Origin: Vulcanimicrobiota bacterium
Lineage (GTDB): Bacteria; Vulcanimicrobiota; Vulcanimicrobiia; Eremiobacterales; Eremiobacteraceae
Direction of reading: 5' to 3'
Assembly (NCBI GenBank): GCA_963805945.1
Contig: CAWDVP010000006.1
Span: 64,001-128,000 of the forward strand
Length of the DNA: 64,000 nucleotides
This document shows positions 54,072 to 64,000 of this stretch, piece after piece (the first letter of the stretch is position 1; every line of letters begins with the position of its first letter). The position numbers and the translations under genes are program-made. The notes beneath the pieces were generated by a model. It saw nothing but the letters and a program-made list of their open reading frames with translations, searched no databases and was not told the origin of the DNA.

Positions 54072-56204
54072 ATGAGGTCATTGCCCGTTGCTTTGATGCT
54101 CATCGCAGTCGCCGCCGGGCCCGCGCTGGCCACCGCGCTCAAGCCGCCCCCAACGCCCGTCGTCGATGTCACGACGATGTACTGGGGCGTGCCGGTGAGC
54201 GACCCGTATCGCTGGCTTGAGGCTGATTCCTCCAATGTCTCGCGCTGGATCGATGCACAGAACACATATGCCGCCAAGGTGTTCGCGACATATCGACACG
54301 CTGATACGATCGCCGCGCGGCTGCGCCAGCTCGCGATCACGGGTCCGCAGCAATTCGATCCCAAGATCGCGGCGGGCAAGCTCTTCTACCTGCGCGAGAC
54401 GCCGCCGCAGGCGCAGCCCGTGCTGGTCGTGCAACCCTGGCCGACCGGGATGGCTCGCGTCTTGGTGGATCCCAATCCGGCAGGAGGGTTGTTGTCCGTC
54501 GAGGGCTATTGGCCGTCACCGGACGGAGCGCACGTCGCCTACGCGACGCAGGACGCCGGCGCAGAGCGGACCACCATGCACGTGGTGGACACGGCAACCG
54601 GACGCCTGCTGCCCGATTTGCTGCCATGGGTCGGCGGCGGCACATCCCCGGACGCAGTCGCGTGGGACGCGGGCAGCCGCGGTTTCGCGTACACGCGCAT
54701 GCCGTCGCCCGCGCATGCGACGCCTGATGAATCCTATTTCGATTCTAGCCTCTATCACCACGCGCTCGGAACGCCGGCCGCCGCCGATACGCCCGCGTTG
54801 GGTGCAGGCTTCTCGCCGGTCGCCGAATGGAATGCGGGCGATTCGAGCGATGGCCGGTCGGTGGCGCTCGTGCATTTCGGTGACGGGTCGTACAACGCGG
54901 TCTACGTGCGCGGTAAAGACGGGACGTGGCGCAAGGCCGTCGACGCGTCCGCGAATGTGCTTGTGGGCGAGGATGAGACGCGGGTCACGACGGCGGCGTT
55001 TGCCGGCCCGTCCTTGCTCGTCATAGAAACGGCGGACGCGCCGCGGGGGAGGATCGTTGCCATCGGCGCGAAGGCCGGTACGATTCCCGCGACGATCCTG
55101 ACGGAACCGGACGGGGGTTGGTCGATCCGTGCGATCGCTTCTATGCGCGGCGGTTTTCTCACGACTGAGGTCAAGGGTCCGGATTGGCGCGTCCGGCATT
55201 TCGACGATGCCGGCACGCTCATCCGCGTCGTCGCGCTGCCAGCGCGGGGCATCGGCGTCGACAGCGTGACCACTGATCCCGATGGCACCGAGGCGCTCAT
55301 CGAGTATTCAGGGTGGGTCATTCCCACGCGCTGGATGCGCTACGATGGCGCAAGCGGAGCACTGGCGCAGATCTACGCGCTCCAACCGCCAGCCAACTAT
55401 TCGAATGTCGAGTTCACCGTCTTGTACGCGACCTCAAAGGATGGGACGCGCGTGCCCGTCACGGTGATCCACAAGCGCGGTATGGCCGCGGATGCGACCG
55501 CGCCGGGCATCCTGAGCGCATACGGCGGTTATGGCCTCTCGCAGAGCCCGGGCTTCATCGGGTCGGCGCTCTTCTGGATCGAGCACGGCGGCGTGTACGC
55601 CGAGGCGAATATCCGTGGCGGCGGCGAATACGGGGAGACGTGGCATCTCGACGGTAGGCTCACGAAGAAGCAGAATGATTACGATGACTTCGCGGCATGC
55701 GCGCGCGCGCTTGTCGATGCTGGGTGGGTCGCGCCGGGTCGCTTGGGCATCGTGGGCGGCAGCAACGGCGGTCTGCTCATGGGCGCAGCGTTGACGCAGC
55801 ACCCGGAGCTGTATAAAGCTGTGGTCAGCTTTGCAGGCGACTACGACATGCTGCGCGTCGAGAACTCACCGAACGGGCGCTACAACGTTACCGAATTCGG
55901 CACGGTGAAGGACGAGGCGCAGTTCAAAGCGCTCTATGCCTACTCGCCGTACTATAATGTGCACGCGGGCACGGCGTACCCGGCGATCTTGATGATCGCC
56001 GGAGAGAACGATCCGCGCGTGCCTCCTTGGCAGTCGCGCAAGATGATCCCACGTCTCCAGGCTGCCACGTCGAGCACGCAGCCGATCATGCTGATCACAC
56101 GTAGCCAGGCCGGTCACGGGATCGGGGCGTCGTTCAGCCAGCGGCTGGGCAACCGTTCAGCGGAGTATATCTTCTTCGCGAACGAGCTTGGCCTGCAGTT
56201 CTAG
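54072..56204 (+). CDS. Secreted prolyl oligopeptidase (S9A)
   Basis: Signal peptide; DPYRWLE, SKDGTRVP, NIRGGGEYG, GGSNGG, NDPRV, AGHG. Confidence 0.95.
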   Translation: MRSLPVALMLIAVAAGPALATALKPPPTPVVDVTTMYWGVPVSDPYRWLEADSSNVSRWIDAQNTYAAKVFATYRHADTIAARLRQLAITGPQQFDPKIAAGKLFYLRETPPQAQPVLVVQPWPTGMARVLVDPNPAGGLLSVEGYWPSPDGAHVAYATQDAGAERTTMHVVDTATGRLLPDLLPWVGGGTSPDAVAWDAGSRGFAYTRMPSPAHATPDESYFDSSLYHHALGTPAAADTPALGAGFSPVAEWNAGDSSDGRSVALVHFGDGSYNAVYVRGKDGTWRKAVDASANVLVGEDETRVTTAAFAGPSLLVIETADAPRGRIVAIGAKAGTIPATILTEPDGGWSIRAIASMRGGFLTTEVKGPDWRVRHFDDAGTLIRVVALPARGIGVDSVTTDPDGTEALIEYSGWVIPTRWMRYDGASGALAQIYALQPPANYSNVEFTVLYATSKDGTRVPVTVIHKRGMAADATAPGILSAYGGYGLSQSPGFIGSALFWIEHGGVYAEANIRGGGEYGETWHLDGRLTKKQNDYDDFAACARALVDAGWVAPGRLGIVGGSNGGLLMGAALTQHPELYKAVVSFAGDYDMLRVENSPNGRYNVTEFGTVKDEAQFKALYAYSPYYNVHAGTAYPAILMIAGENDPRVPPWQSRKMIPRLQAATSSTQPIMLITRSQAGHGIGASFSQRLGNRSAEYIFFANELGLQF

Positions 56205-56215
56205 GAAAGAAAAAG

Positions 56216-56287
56216 TGCCCCGCGGCAGACTCGAACTGCCAACCACCGGCTTAAAAGGCCGATGCTCTACCATTGAGCTAGCGGAGC
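56216..56287 (-). tRNA. tRNA-Lys(TTT)
   Basis: Cloverleaf with CTTTTAA loop. Confidence 0.92.
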
Positions 56288-56295
56288 ACACTGAT

Positions 56296-56369
56296 CGCGC
56301 CTGGAGGGGCTCGAACCCCCAACCGCCAGATTCGAAGTCTGGAACTCTATCCAATTGAGCTACAGGCGC
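56296..56369 (-). tRNA. tRNA-Arg(TCG)
   Basis: Cloverleaf with CTTCGAA loop. Confidence 0.92.
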
Positions 56370-56378
56370 CTGGGTCTG

Positions 56379-56456
56379 TGGGGTGAATGAGGGGAGTTGA
56401 ACCCCCGGCCTCTGGCTTCACAGGCCAGCGCTCTAACCAACTGAGCTACATTCACC
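56379..56456 (-). tRNA. tRNA-His(GTG)
   Basis: CTGTGAA loop, G-1, encoded CCA. Confidence 0.93.
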
Positions 56457-56471
56457 ATTCGGGCGACCCGC

Positions 56472-56924
56472 TTATTCTCTTTCATACTCTCTTGCTCCCG
56501 CCTTCCACCTTAGTTGCAGCGCCGTCCGTCGCCGGTGACAATTAGCGCATCGAACTTCGCACTTGGCGATCTCATCTTCGATGATCTTCCAAGCCAAGCC
56601 ATCCCCGACCATAATCGCGACACTTTCGCGCTTCACGCCTCTGACGTGGTCGAATTCCAGCACAACAGGATCGGCCTCCCCGCAGTCAACACACGGGTGG
56701 CATTTGAGATAGGCGTCGGCGAATCGTTGATTGCGTAGTCGGTAACGACGCATGTTTCGAAGTCGATGCGCACTGTACTGAGCCACGTGGGCGCGGTAAT
56801 AGTCTCGAAGGTAGCTCTCATGGCAGGGCCTGCAATATGATCGGAGCTTTGGCCTACTTGGCTGGCGGCGATCGAATTTCTCAATCGGGAGAAGTCGGCA
56901 ACATTTCGGGCATCGCTTCCACAT
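56472..56924 (-). CDS. Zinc-finger HNH endonuclease
   Basis: CPKC, CRPC, CVDCGEADPVVLEFDHV, KCEVRCANCHRRRT. Confidence 0.85.
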   Translation of the reverse strand: MWKRCPKCCRLLPIEKFDRRQPSRPKLRSYCRPCHESYLRDYYRAHVAQYSAHRLRNMRRYRLRNQRFADAYLKCHPCVDCGEADPVVLEFDHVRGVKRESVAIMVGDGLAWKIIEDEIAKCEVRCANCHRRRTALQLRWKAGAREYERE

Positions 56925-56992
56925 GCATGCAGTATCACGCCGAACACGCGTTTGTCTAGCCGATTCAAGACCGATGAGTGAAGAATATCGTT

Positions 56993-57067
56993 CGCGCCCG
57001 CGGAGACTCGAACTCCGGACCTACCGCTTAGAAGGCGGTTGCTCTACTCCAACTGAGCTACGGGCGC
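56993..57067 (-). tRNA. tRNA-Arg(TCT)
   Basis: Cloverleaf with CTTCTAA loop. Confidence 0.92.
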
Positions 57068-57154
57068 GCGCTAGTCTTACGGCTCTATTTCTTTGGGCTC
57101 AAGCCTCTGACCCTTGAAAACGGAAGAGACGCGCTGGCGCGCATCTCTTCTTCT

Positions 57155-57233
57155 TGGTCGGGCGGACAGGACTTGAACCTGCGAATCCTCTCGGTCCCAA
57201 ACCGAGCGCTCTACCAAGCTGAGCTACCGCCCG
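57155..57233 (-). tRNA. tRNA-Pro(TGG)
   Basis: CGGGCGGTAGCTCAGCTTGG...TTTGGGA...CCA. Confidence 0.92.
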
Positions 57234-57272
57234 TTGGATTGAGTATTTAGGCGCCAGATTCGCTCTTTCCCG

Positions 57273-57878
57273 TCACCTATTCAGTTGGAGCAGCCGCTTG
57301 CGCAGTGCCCGCACGGCGCGGCCGCGATGCGAAACCGCGTGCTTCCTCTCCATCCCCGCCTCGCCGAACGTGCAGCCATACGGCGGATAGAAAAAGATCG
57401 GGTCGTAGCCGAAGCCGGCAACACCGCGCGGCTCCATCGCGATCTCGCCCTCGACCTCTCCACGCGCCACCACCGGCTCATGCCCCGGCACCACCAACGC
57501 GCACACGCACACGAAACGCGCCCGCCTGCTCGCACCCGGCCGCTCGCGCAACTGGCGCAGCATGTGCTCGTTTCGCTCCGAAGGCGTCGAGCTCGGCGAT
57601 GGCGTGCGCGCGGACAACACCCCGGGCCCCCAATCCAGCCCTTCCACTTCTATCCCCGAATCATCCGCCAGCGCCGGACCGCCATACACGCGAGCCAACG
57701 CCGCCGCCTTCAGCACCGCGTTGCCCTCATACGTAGGAGCCGTTTCATCGACCTCAGGATACTCATCACCGGCGATCACCAACGGCGGCGGCGAAGACCC
57801 CCACAACGTCACGATCTCGCGGAACTTATCCAGATTCTTGGTGGCCACGGCGATCGGCCGCAGCGGATCGAGCGGCAA
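57273..57878 (-). CDS. rdgB: Non-canonical purine NTP pyrophosphatase
   Basis: ATKN..K, ADDSG, PGVLSAR, GFGYDPIF, SHRGRA. Confidence 0.95.
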   Translation of the reverse strand: MPLDPLRPIAVATKNLDKFREIVTLWGSSPPPLVIAGDEYPEVDETAPTYEGNAVLKAAALARVYGGPALADDSGIEVEGLDWGPGVLSARTPSPSSTPSERNEHMLRQLRERPGASRRARFVCVCALVVPGHEPVVARGEVEGEIAMEPRGVAGFGYDPIFFYPPYGCTFGEAGMERKHAVSHRGRAVRALRKRLLQLNR

Positions 57879-57885
57879 GACAGAC

Positions 57886-59712
57886 CTACGCGTCGCGATT
57901 CAGCTGCAGCACCGCCATGAACGCCTCCTGCGGCAGCTCGACATTGCCCACTTGCTTCATCCGCTTCTTGCCCTCTTTTTGCTTCTCGAGCAGCTTGCGC
58001 TTCCGCGAGATGTCGCCGCCATAGCACTTCGCCAACACGTTCTTGCGCATCGCCTTGACCGTCTCGCGCGCCAAGATCTTGTTCCCGATCGCCGCCTGGA
58101 TTGGCACGTCGAACATCTGCCGCGGAATCACATCCTTCAGCCGCTCCGCCAACAGCCGTCCCCACAGCGGCGCCTTATCCCGATGCATGATGAACGACAG
58201 CGCATCCACCGACTCGCCATTCAACAAAATATCCAGCTTGACGAGCTCGCCCTCGCGATACCCCATCAGCTCGTAATCCATGCTCGCATAGCCCTTGGTC
58301 CGCGACTTCAACTGATCGAAGAAATCGATGATCACCTCGGCCAACGGCAACTCGTACACGAACAGCACCCGCAGCGGCGACAGATAGTCCATCGACACCA
58401 TGGTCCCGCGCCGCGTCTGGCACAGATCCATGATCGCCCCGACATAATCCGCGGGCGAGATGATGGAGCAGCGCACGAACGGCTCTTCCAAGCTCGCGAT
58501 CTCGGTCGGCGGCGGCAGCTTCGCCGGATTGTCGATCGTCAACTCGGTCCCATCGGTCATCTTCACGTGATACACCACCGACGGCGACGTCGCGATCAAC
58601 GACAGCGCATACTCCCGCTCCAACCGCTCCTGCACGATCTCCATATGCAGCAGTCCAAGGAATCCGCACCGGAACCCGAACCCCAACGCGATCGACGACT
58701 CCGGCTCGTACGACAGCGATGCATCGTTGAGCTTCAGCTTCTCCAGCGCATCGCGCAGCTCGCCGTAATCGTCACCCTCGTTCGGATACAGCCCGCAGTA
58801 CACCATCGGCGTCACCTTGCGGTACCCCGGCAGCGGCACGTGCGCGGGCGACCCCGCATCCGTCAATGTGTCGCCCACCGAGATCTCCGACAACGACTTG
58901 ATGTTGGCGATGACGTACCCCACCTCGCCCAGATCCAGCTTCTCGCACGCCTGCATCGCCGGCTTGAACTTGCCGACCTCGGCCACTTCGAACACCCGGT
59001 CCGCATTCATCGAGCGGATCTTCATGCCGCCCCGCAGCACGCCGTCCACCACCCGGATATACAAGATGACGCCGCGGTACGCGTCGTAATGCGAATCGAA
59101 CACCAATGCGCGCAGATGGTCGGCGCTCCCCTTGGGCGGCGGCATCCACCGCACGATCGCCTCGAGGATCTCCCGCGTCCCGATGCCCTCCTTGGCCGAC
59201 GCCAAGATGCAGCGCGAGCGCTCGATCGCCAACGTCTCCTCGACATCGCGGATCACCGCCTCCGGATCAGCCGACGGCAGGTCGATCTTGTTGATGACCG
59301 GCACGATCTCGAGCTTGGCCTCGTCCGCGAGATAGAAATTCGCCAGCGTCTGCGCCTCAATGCCCTGCGCCGCATCGATCACCAGCAGCGCGCCCTCGCA
59401 CGCCGACATCGAGCGCGATACCTCGTAGGTGAAATCCACATGCCCCGGCGTGTCGATGAGGTTGAGCTCGTACAGCTCGCCGTCCTCGGCCCGGTACTGC
59501 AACGTCACGGGGTGCGCCTTGATGGTGATGCCGCGCTCGCGCTCCAGGTCCATGGAATCGAGCACCTGATCCGACATGTCACGCGCCGCCATGGCGCCCG
59601 TCACCTCGAGCAGGCGGTCCGAGAGCGTCGTCTTACCGTGATCGATATGCGCCGTGATACAAAAATTGCGCACGAGACTATTCGTGCGCAGGCCTGCGAC
59701 GCGATGGGTCAT
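57886..59712 (-). CDS. lepA: Elongation factor 4
   Basis: [41 protein letters not shown]. Confidence 0.98.
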   Translation of the reverse strand: MTHRVAGLRTNSLVRNFCITAHIDHGKTTLSDRLLEVTGAMAARDMSDQVLDSMDLERERGITIKAHPVTLQYRAEDGELYELNLIDTPGHVDFTYEVSRSMSACEGALLVIDAAQGIEAQTLANFYLADEAKLEIVPVINKIDLPSADPEAVIRDVEETLAIERSRCILASAKEGIGTREILEAIVRWMPPPKGSADHLRALVFDSHYDAYRGVILYIRVVDGVLRGGMKIRSMNADRVFEVAEVGKFKPAMQACEKLDLGEVGYVIANIKSLSEISVGDTLTDAGSPAHVPLPGYRKVTPMVYCGLYPNEGDDYGELRDALEKLKLNDASLSYEPESSIALGFGFRCGFLGLLHMEIVQERLEREYALSLIATSPSVVYHVKMTDGTELTIDNPAKLPPPTEIASLEEPFVRCSIISPADYVGAIMDLCQTRRGTMVSMDYLSPLRVLFVYELPLAEVIIDFFDQLKSRTKGYASMDYELMGYREGELVKLDILLNGESVDALSFIMHRDKAPLWGRLLAERLKDVIPRQMFDVPIQAAIGNKILARETVKAMRKNVLAKCYGGDISRKRKLLEKQKEGKKRMKQVGNVELPQEAFMAVLQLNRDA

Positions 59713-59771
59713 CCGGAAATCAAACGAGAGGCGTTCACGCCTCCCGCATTCGCCAGCGGCACGGGACTCTC

Positions 59772-60821
59772 TTATCTCAACTGCGCGAGTTGACTCGGCG
59801 TGGGCGAGATCGAGCCCGACAGGAACGGCACCGGGCTGATGGGCCGTCCGTCCTGGTGAACCTCATAGTGCACGTGTGGCCCGGTCGCGAAGCCCGTGGA
59901 CCCCAGGCGCGCGATCTCCTGACCTTTGCGGACGAATTCCCCGGGGCTGACCAACGCGGCCGAGTTATGCCCATACCAGGTGACATAGCCGTTGCCGTGG
60001 TCGATGGCCACCTTGATGCCGAAGCCGCCATCCCAGCCCGCTTCGATGACCGTGCCGGCCGCGGTCGCAAGCACCGGCGCGCCGTAGTAATTGACGATAT
60101 CGACGCCGCTATGGAAGCCGACGTCCGGATACGAGCGGTAGCCGAAGCCCGACGAGATCGAACCGTCGGTCGGCCAGATGGACGGTATGGCGTCGAGCAT
60201 GCGCTGATATGCGAGCGACGCCTCTTCGCGCACCTGCGCGACCTTCGCCGCCTCGTGCTTGAGCTTCACCGCGTCCGTGTACACGAGATCGAGGCCGGCA
60301 TCCAACGAGCTGAGCTGCGCGGACTCCGATGCGAAGGTCGCCGAGCCGCCGCGCCCCATGCCAAGCCACGCGACCGCCTGCGTCCACCACGGTCCGTGCA
60401 CCGGCAGATAATCGATGGCCTGACCCTCGCCGCTTGGCAGCATCGCGGTCGGCTTCTCCGCCTTGGCGGGCACCGGCGCGACCTTGTCGCCGCGACGCAC
60501 CGGCGCCGTCAGCTGTTTGATCTCTTGATGCTCTTGCTGGATGCGGTCCAACTGCTGCCACATGTGGTTGGTCTGATTCGAGAAATTGACGAGCTGCTGT
60601 TGCTGGGTCGCGTTGACCCGCTGCAGCTCACGCAGTTTGGCCTCTTCCGCCCGGAACTGCACCACATGCTCGGTGAAGAACGCGAGGAACAGCGAGACGA
60701 TGCAGGCGGCCAGGATCGCCAGATGGCCGTGGGTCAGCTCGAGCTTATAGATCGAGCACGCGTCGTGCGGGATGATCTTGATGAGGACGCGCTTGCTCCA
60801 CGTATCGGGGGTTTTGGCCAA
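59772..60821 (-). CDS. M23 peptidase with TM and coiled coil
   Basis: [22 protein letters not shown]. Confidence 0.92.
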   Translation of the reverse strand: MAKTPDTWSKRVLIKIIPHDACSIYKLELTHGHLAILAACIVSLFLAFFTEHVVQFRAEEAKLRELQRVNATQQQQLVNFSNQTNHMWQQLDRIQQEHQEIKQLTAPVRRGDKVAPVPAKAEKPTAMLPSGEGQAIDYLPVHGPWWTQAVAWLGMGRGGSATFASESAQLSSLDAGLDLVYTDAVKLKHEAAKVAQVREEASLAYQRMLDAIPSIWPTDGSISSGFGYRSYPDVGFHSGVDIVNYYGAPVLATAAGTVIEAGWDGGFGIKVAIDHGNGYVTWYGHNSAALVSPGEFVRKGQEIARLGSTGFATGPHVHYEVHQDGRPISPVPFLSGSISPTPSQLAQLR

Positions 60822-60834
60822 CGGACTCCTCCGG

Positions 60835-61317
60835 TTACGAACGGTCGCGCTTGCTGTGCGCCACCGCGATGTCTAGGGCGCGACGCTCTTCGACGCTCAT
60901 ATCCTTGTCGGCGGCGAAGTCGCGGACTGCTTTCGCGTAGCTCCTGACCTCCTCGCGCGAATAGATGCTGGAGATCAGAAACCCATTGCCGCGGCCGTCA
61001 ATGGCGGCAAGCGCGTACGACAGCTCCGAACCGACGTCGGCAAACGCGTTGAAGCGCACGAACCCTACGTGCTGCAGGGCATCTACGGAGGCGGCCTCGA
61101 GGGCTGCCACCCGGCTGCGCAACTCGTCCAGGCTCCGCTTCTCTATCCCCGGCCCCGCCTGGTTAGCGGTGATCCCGGAGCTTCGGAACCTAGGCCGCGC
61201 AACGGCCCAATGATAGATCGCCAACACGACGATCGAGCTTGCGGCGGCAATCAGAACAATGAATAGAATCGCCGCAGGGCTCATGCCGGCTCCGAATGAC
61301 GCCGCAGCGTCGCTCAT
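60835..61317 (-). CDS. DUF4446-like membrane-anchored protein
   Basis: VGFVRFNAFADVGSELSY...NGFLISSIYSRE..RSYAK. Confidence 0.8.
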   Translation of the reverse strand: MSDAAASFGAGMSPAAILFIVLIAAASSIVVLAIYHWAVARPRFRSSGITANQAGPGIEKRSLDELRSRVAALEAASVDALQHVGFVRFNAFADVGSELSYALAAIDGRGNGFLISSIYSREEVRSYAKAVRDFAADKDMSVEERRALDIAVAHSKRDRS

Positions 61318-61426
61318 GAGACGAGCACCCCCCTAGTTTCTAATCGGGAACTACCTGTCCCCCCTGAATCCCGCTGTACCAATGTGACTTGTCCCACAAT
61401 CCGACACCTCGCGCCCGCAGCTGAAA

Positions 61427-61547
61427 GGGGGCTCGGGCCGCGAGATGACCGCGGCGCCCGAAAGGTCCCACATGCCGCTGCTACCTTCCGGTCCTGACGG
61501 GATTAGCGGGTTTTCGTCGCGCGGGTCCCGTTGCCGTCAACGCCCCC
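61427..61547 (-). ncRNA. ffs: Signal recognition particle RNA (small form)
   Basis: Conserved helix-8 motif TCAGGACCGGAAGGTAGCAGC within a long hairpin closed by GGGGCG/GCCCC. Confidence 0.92.
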
Positions 61548-61568
61548 ACGAAGTCGAGCGCACAGATC

Positions 61569-61656
61569 CGGAGAGGGAGGGATTCGAACCCTCGAGACGG
61601 GTTTAGCGCCTACACGATTTCCAGTCGTGCCTGATCGACCACTCCAGCACCTCTCC
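61569..61656 (-). tRNA. tRNA-Ser(GGA)
   Basis: GGAGAGG stem, CTGGAAA loop, long variable arm. Confidence 0.93.
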
Positions 61657-61704
61657 GCACGAATGCGCATGCTTCAAGTACGGCCGTGGTCATCCTTGCC
61701 GTTC

Positions 61705-62268
61705 TCACGGGGCATTGCTGCGCGTCACCTCCGCGCAGGTCCAATCGATCGTACCGAACACGGTGCCCCCGCGCTCGTCGCCGTTCTGCCCGTACAGCGT
61801 CCGATAGTTCTCGAAGCTCGCGCTGCCGCCGTGACCCCCGTCGCGGATGGTGATGGTCACCTTCGTGTCAGGTCGCTCCTCGAGCGTCGTACCATGCGGA
61901 AATCCCGGGCCCCGTGCCACGTTCAAGATGACCCAGCTCAAGACGCGCGAGATTCCTTCGTGCGCCGCCGCAGACTCATTGTAGGTGCCGTCGCCGTTGT
62001 ACTCGGGCACGAGCACCTCGCCGCCTTCGATCACGTCATCGCCCTCGAAGGTCGCGCTGTACCCGTTGAGCAGCTTGCCGCCGGGCTTGCCGACGAAGCA
62101 ACGCTTCACCGCCGCATCATGCGAGAGGCGGATCGCACCGTGCACCGAGATGTGCGCGACCGGCGCAGCCGAGGCCGACGGCTCTGCCGATCCATTCGAA
62201 CCAGACCTATGGCCGCAACCGGCGCACGTCAGCGCGACGGCGATGAGCGCAGCCGCTAGACGGCGCAT
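61705..62268 (-). CDS. Putative lipoprotein
   Basis: GAGG RBS; MRRLAAALIAVALTCAGC lipobox-like. Confidence 0.7.
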   Translation of the reverse strand: MRRLAAALIAVALTCAGCGHRSGSNGSAEPSASAAPVAHISVHGAIRLSHDAAVKRCFVGKPGGKLLNGYSATFEGDDVIEGGEVLVPEYNGDGTYNESAAAHEGISRVLSWVILNVARGPGFPHGTTLEERPDTKVTITIRDGGHGGSASFENYRTLYGQNGDERGGTVFGTIDWTCAEVTRSNAP

Positions 62269-62291
62269 CCGCGAGACCTCACGTTCCACGC

Positions 62292-62381
62292 TGGCGGAGA
62301 GGGTGGGATTTGAACCCACGAACGGGTTTAGCCGTTACTCGCTTTCGAGGCGAGCGCGATCAACCACTCTGCCACCTCTCC
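62292..62381 (-). tRNA. tRNA-Ser(CGA)
   Basis: CTCGAAA loop, long variable arm, CCA. Confidence 0.93.
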
Positions 62382-62394
62382 ACGCACTATGTTC

Positions 62395-62420
62395 GAGCCG
62401 ACCTCCAGGTAGGCCCCTAC
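62395..62420 (-). repeat. REP-like family C overlapping the tadA stop codon
   Basis: GTAG-GGGCCTACCT-gg-AGGTCGGCTC on minus strand. Confidence 0.75.
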
Positions 62421-62899
62421 AGTTCCTCCTGCGTGCGGCGCGCCTGGAAGAACGCGCGCAACATCTCTGACGACTCTTCCGCGAGCACTCCCTTCTCGAC
62501 GACGATGCGATGGTTCAAGCGCGGGTCGTCGAGGATGTTGAGCACGGAACCCGCGCCGCCGCCCTTCGGATCCGGGCAGCCGTACACGAGCCGATCGATG
62601 CGCGCCGCGACGCACGCGCCGGCGCACATGATGCACGGCTCCTTCGTGACGTACAGCGTCGCCCCCGTCAGCCGCCATCCGCCGCGCTGCGCGGCCGCCT
62701 GCCGCAGCGCGACCATTTCGGCATGCGCGGTCGGATCGTGATTCGCTTCCTTTTGATTGAAGCCCACCACTGCGACCTCGCCGTCGATGACGACGACGGC
62801 GCCGACCGGCACGTCGCCGTGGCGCTCCGCGGTGCCCGCGAGCTTGAGCGCTTTGCGCATGAACCCCGCATCGATCTCTGCCGCCGGCTTCGTCTGCAT
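62417..62899 (-). CDS. tadA: tRNA adenosine(34) deaminase
   Basis: VPVGAV, DPTAHAE, EPCIMCAGA, DPKGG, LNH. Confidence 0.95.
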   Translation of the reverse strand: MQTKPAAEIDAGFMRKALKLAGTAERHGDVPVGAVVVIDGEVAVVGFNQKEANHDPTAHAEMVALRQAAAQRGGWRLTGATLYVTKEPCIMCAGACVAARIDRLVYGCPDPKGGGAGSVLNILDDPRLNHRIVVEKGVLAEESSEMLRAFFQARRTQEEL

Positions 62900-62912
62900 C
62901 TATCTCACTTCT

Positions 62913-62986
62913 CGCGCCCGAGTGGGCTCGAACCACCAACCTTCGGCTTCGGAGGCCGACACTCTATCCAATTGAGCTACGGGCGC
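62913..62986 (-). tRNA. tRNA-Arg(CCG)
   Basis: CTCCGAA loop. Confidence 0.92.
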
Positions 62987-62992
62987 GCGGCT

Positions 62993-63064
62993 TGCCTCGG
63001 GCAAGAATCGAACTTGCGACCAAGGGCTTATGAGTCCCCTGCTCTACCGCTGAGCTACCGAGGC
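62993..63064 (-). tRNA. tRNA with CAT anticodon (elongator Met or Ile2)
   Basis: CTCATAA loop; paired G1-C72, so not an initiator. Confidence 0.88.
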
Positions 63065-63079
63065 ATGATGGGAAGAAAG

Positions 63080-63154
63080 CGCGCTCGGAGGGACTCGAAC
63101 CCCCGACCTCCAGATTCGTAGTCTGGCATTCTAATCCAGCTGAACTACGAGCGC
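63080..63154 (-). tRNA. tRNA-Arg(ACG)
   Basis: CTACGAA loop. Confidence 0.93.
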
Positions 63155-63169
63155 GTGATGGGATGGCTT

Positions 63170-63262
63170 CGGAGAGAGAGGGATTCGAACCCTCGATAGC
63201 GCCTTTACAGCACTATAACGGTTTAGCAAACCGCCGCCTTCAGCCAACTCGGCCATCTCTCC
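63170..63262 (-). tRNA. tRNA-Ser(GCT)
   Basis: TTGCTAA loop, long variable arm. Confidence 0.93.
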
Positions 63263-63300
63263 TCGGGACGTTTCAGTTTACCATATGACGCAGCGCTTGT

Positions 63301-64000
63301 TCAAGCCGGAGCAAGTCCCCGGATGATCGTCGCTACGTCTTCTGCCGCGCGCGGCCGCGCCAAACGCCTCGCCTCGTCGCGCATCGCGTCGAGCGCCGCC
63401 GGATCCGCCAGCAATCGGTCCAGCGCCTGCGTGAGCTCGCGCGCTCCGCGCACCAACACGCCCGCACCCGCTGCCTCGAGATAGCGCGCGTTGCGCTCCT
63501 CCTGGCCCGGCAACGGCCGCAGCATCACCAACGGCAGCGTCTCCGCCAGCGCCTCTGAACTCGTCAGACCACCGGGCTTGCTGATGAGCACGTCAGCGGC
63601 GTGCATGTATTCGTAGACGTTGCCGACGAAGCCGACCACGGTCACCGGATATCGCACGCTGCGCGCAGCCTCTATGAGCCGCCGTTGCAGTTGCGGATTC
63701 TTGCCGACCACCACCACCGTCTGCACGTGATGCTCGAGACGCCCTATGCCCTCGAGCGCTTTCTCCAACGGCCCGATGCCGACGCCGCCGCCCATGAGCA
63801 GCAACGTCGACCGATCCGGATGCAGGCCGAGCCGTCGCCGCGTCTCGCGCTTATCTGCGCGCGCGCCGAAACGTTCGTCGATCGGGATGCCGGTGACGTT
63901 GACGCGCTCGGGCGCGACGCCGCGCGAGATGAGCGTCTGGCGCATGGCCGATGTCGCGACCGCGTACGCGTCGATGTTGCGATGGATCCAGAACGGGTGC
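63301..64000 (-). CDS. MGDG synthase/UgtP-like GT28 glycosyltransferase, C-terminal part (runs off window end)
   Basis: VTGIPI, LMGGGVG, ISKPGGLTSSEA, PGQEERNA. Confidence 0.9.
   Translation of the reverse strand, partial: HPFWIHRNIDAYAVATSAMRQTLISRGVAPERVNVTGIPIDERFGARADKRETRRRLGLHPDRSTLLLMGGGVGIGPLEKALEGIGRLEHHVQTVVVVGKNPQLQRRLIEAARSVRYPVTVVGFVGNVYEYMHAADVLISKPGGLTSSEALAETLPLVMLRPLPGQEERNARYLEAAGAGVLVRGARELTQALDRLLADPAALDAMRDEARRLARPRAAEDVATIIRGLAPA

Overview
High-GC bacterial chromosome segment. The mix of PASTA-kinase, RqcH and SpoIID/LytB with MlaEFD suggests a diderm Terrabacteria lineage such as Eremiobacterota; this is an inference only. It is mostly housekeeping: mdh, glmS-rph-mlaEFD, gmk, rqcH, queA, ruvCAB, pknB-pbpA, pyrR-pyrB-pyrC-carAB, valS, tig-clpP-clpX, acs/satP, lepA, rdgB, tadA, 14 tRNAs and SRP RNA. 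Accessory content includes a PilZ-PilB/GspE fusion, a Xer-type recombinase, an orphan pqqB, a signal-peptide Hcp-like protein, tandem HtrA-like proteases with a LuxR regulator, a lower-GC hydrolase/VOC islet, and an HNH gene inside a tRNA cluster. The most striking signal is three families of about 24-28 bp REP-like hairpins (a GTAG/NTGG-type tetranucleotide plus a palindrome), with at least 15 copies. Most copies lie inside or overlap open reading frames of conserved genes (rqcH x4, carB, pyrC, valS, spoIID, the PknB activation loop, the tig/clpP junction). They write recurrent peptides (GRxxSTAP, ERSNxFDR, VPERSSG) into unrelated proteins or supply stop codons and an RBS. Several genes carry single-base frameshifts that are probably sequencing errors.
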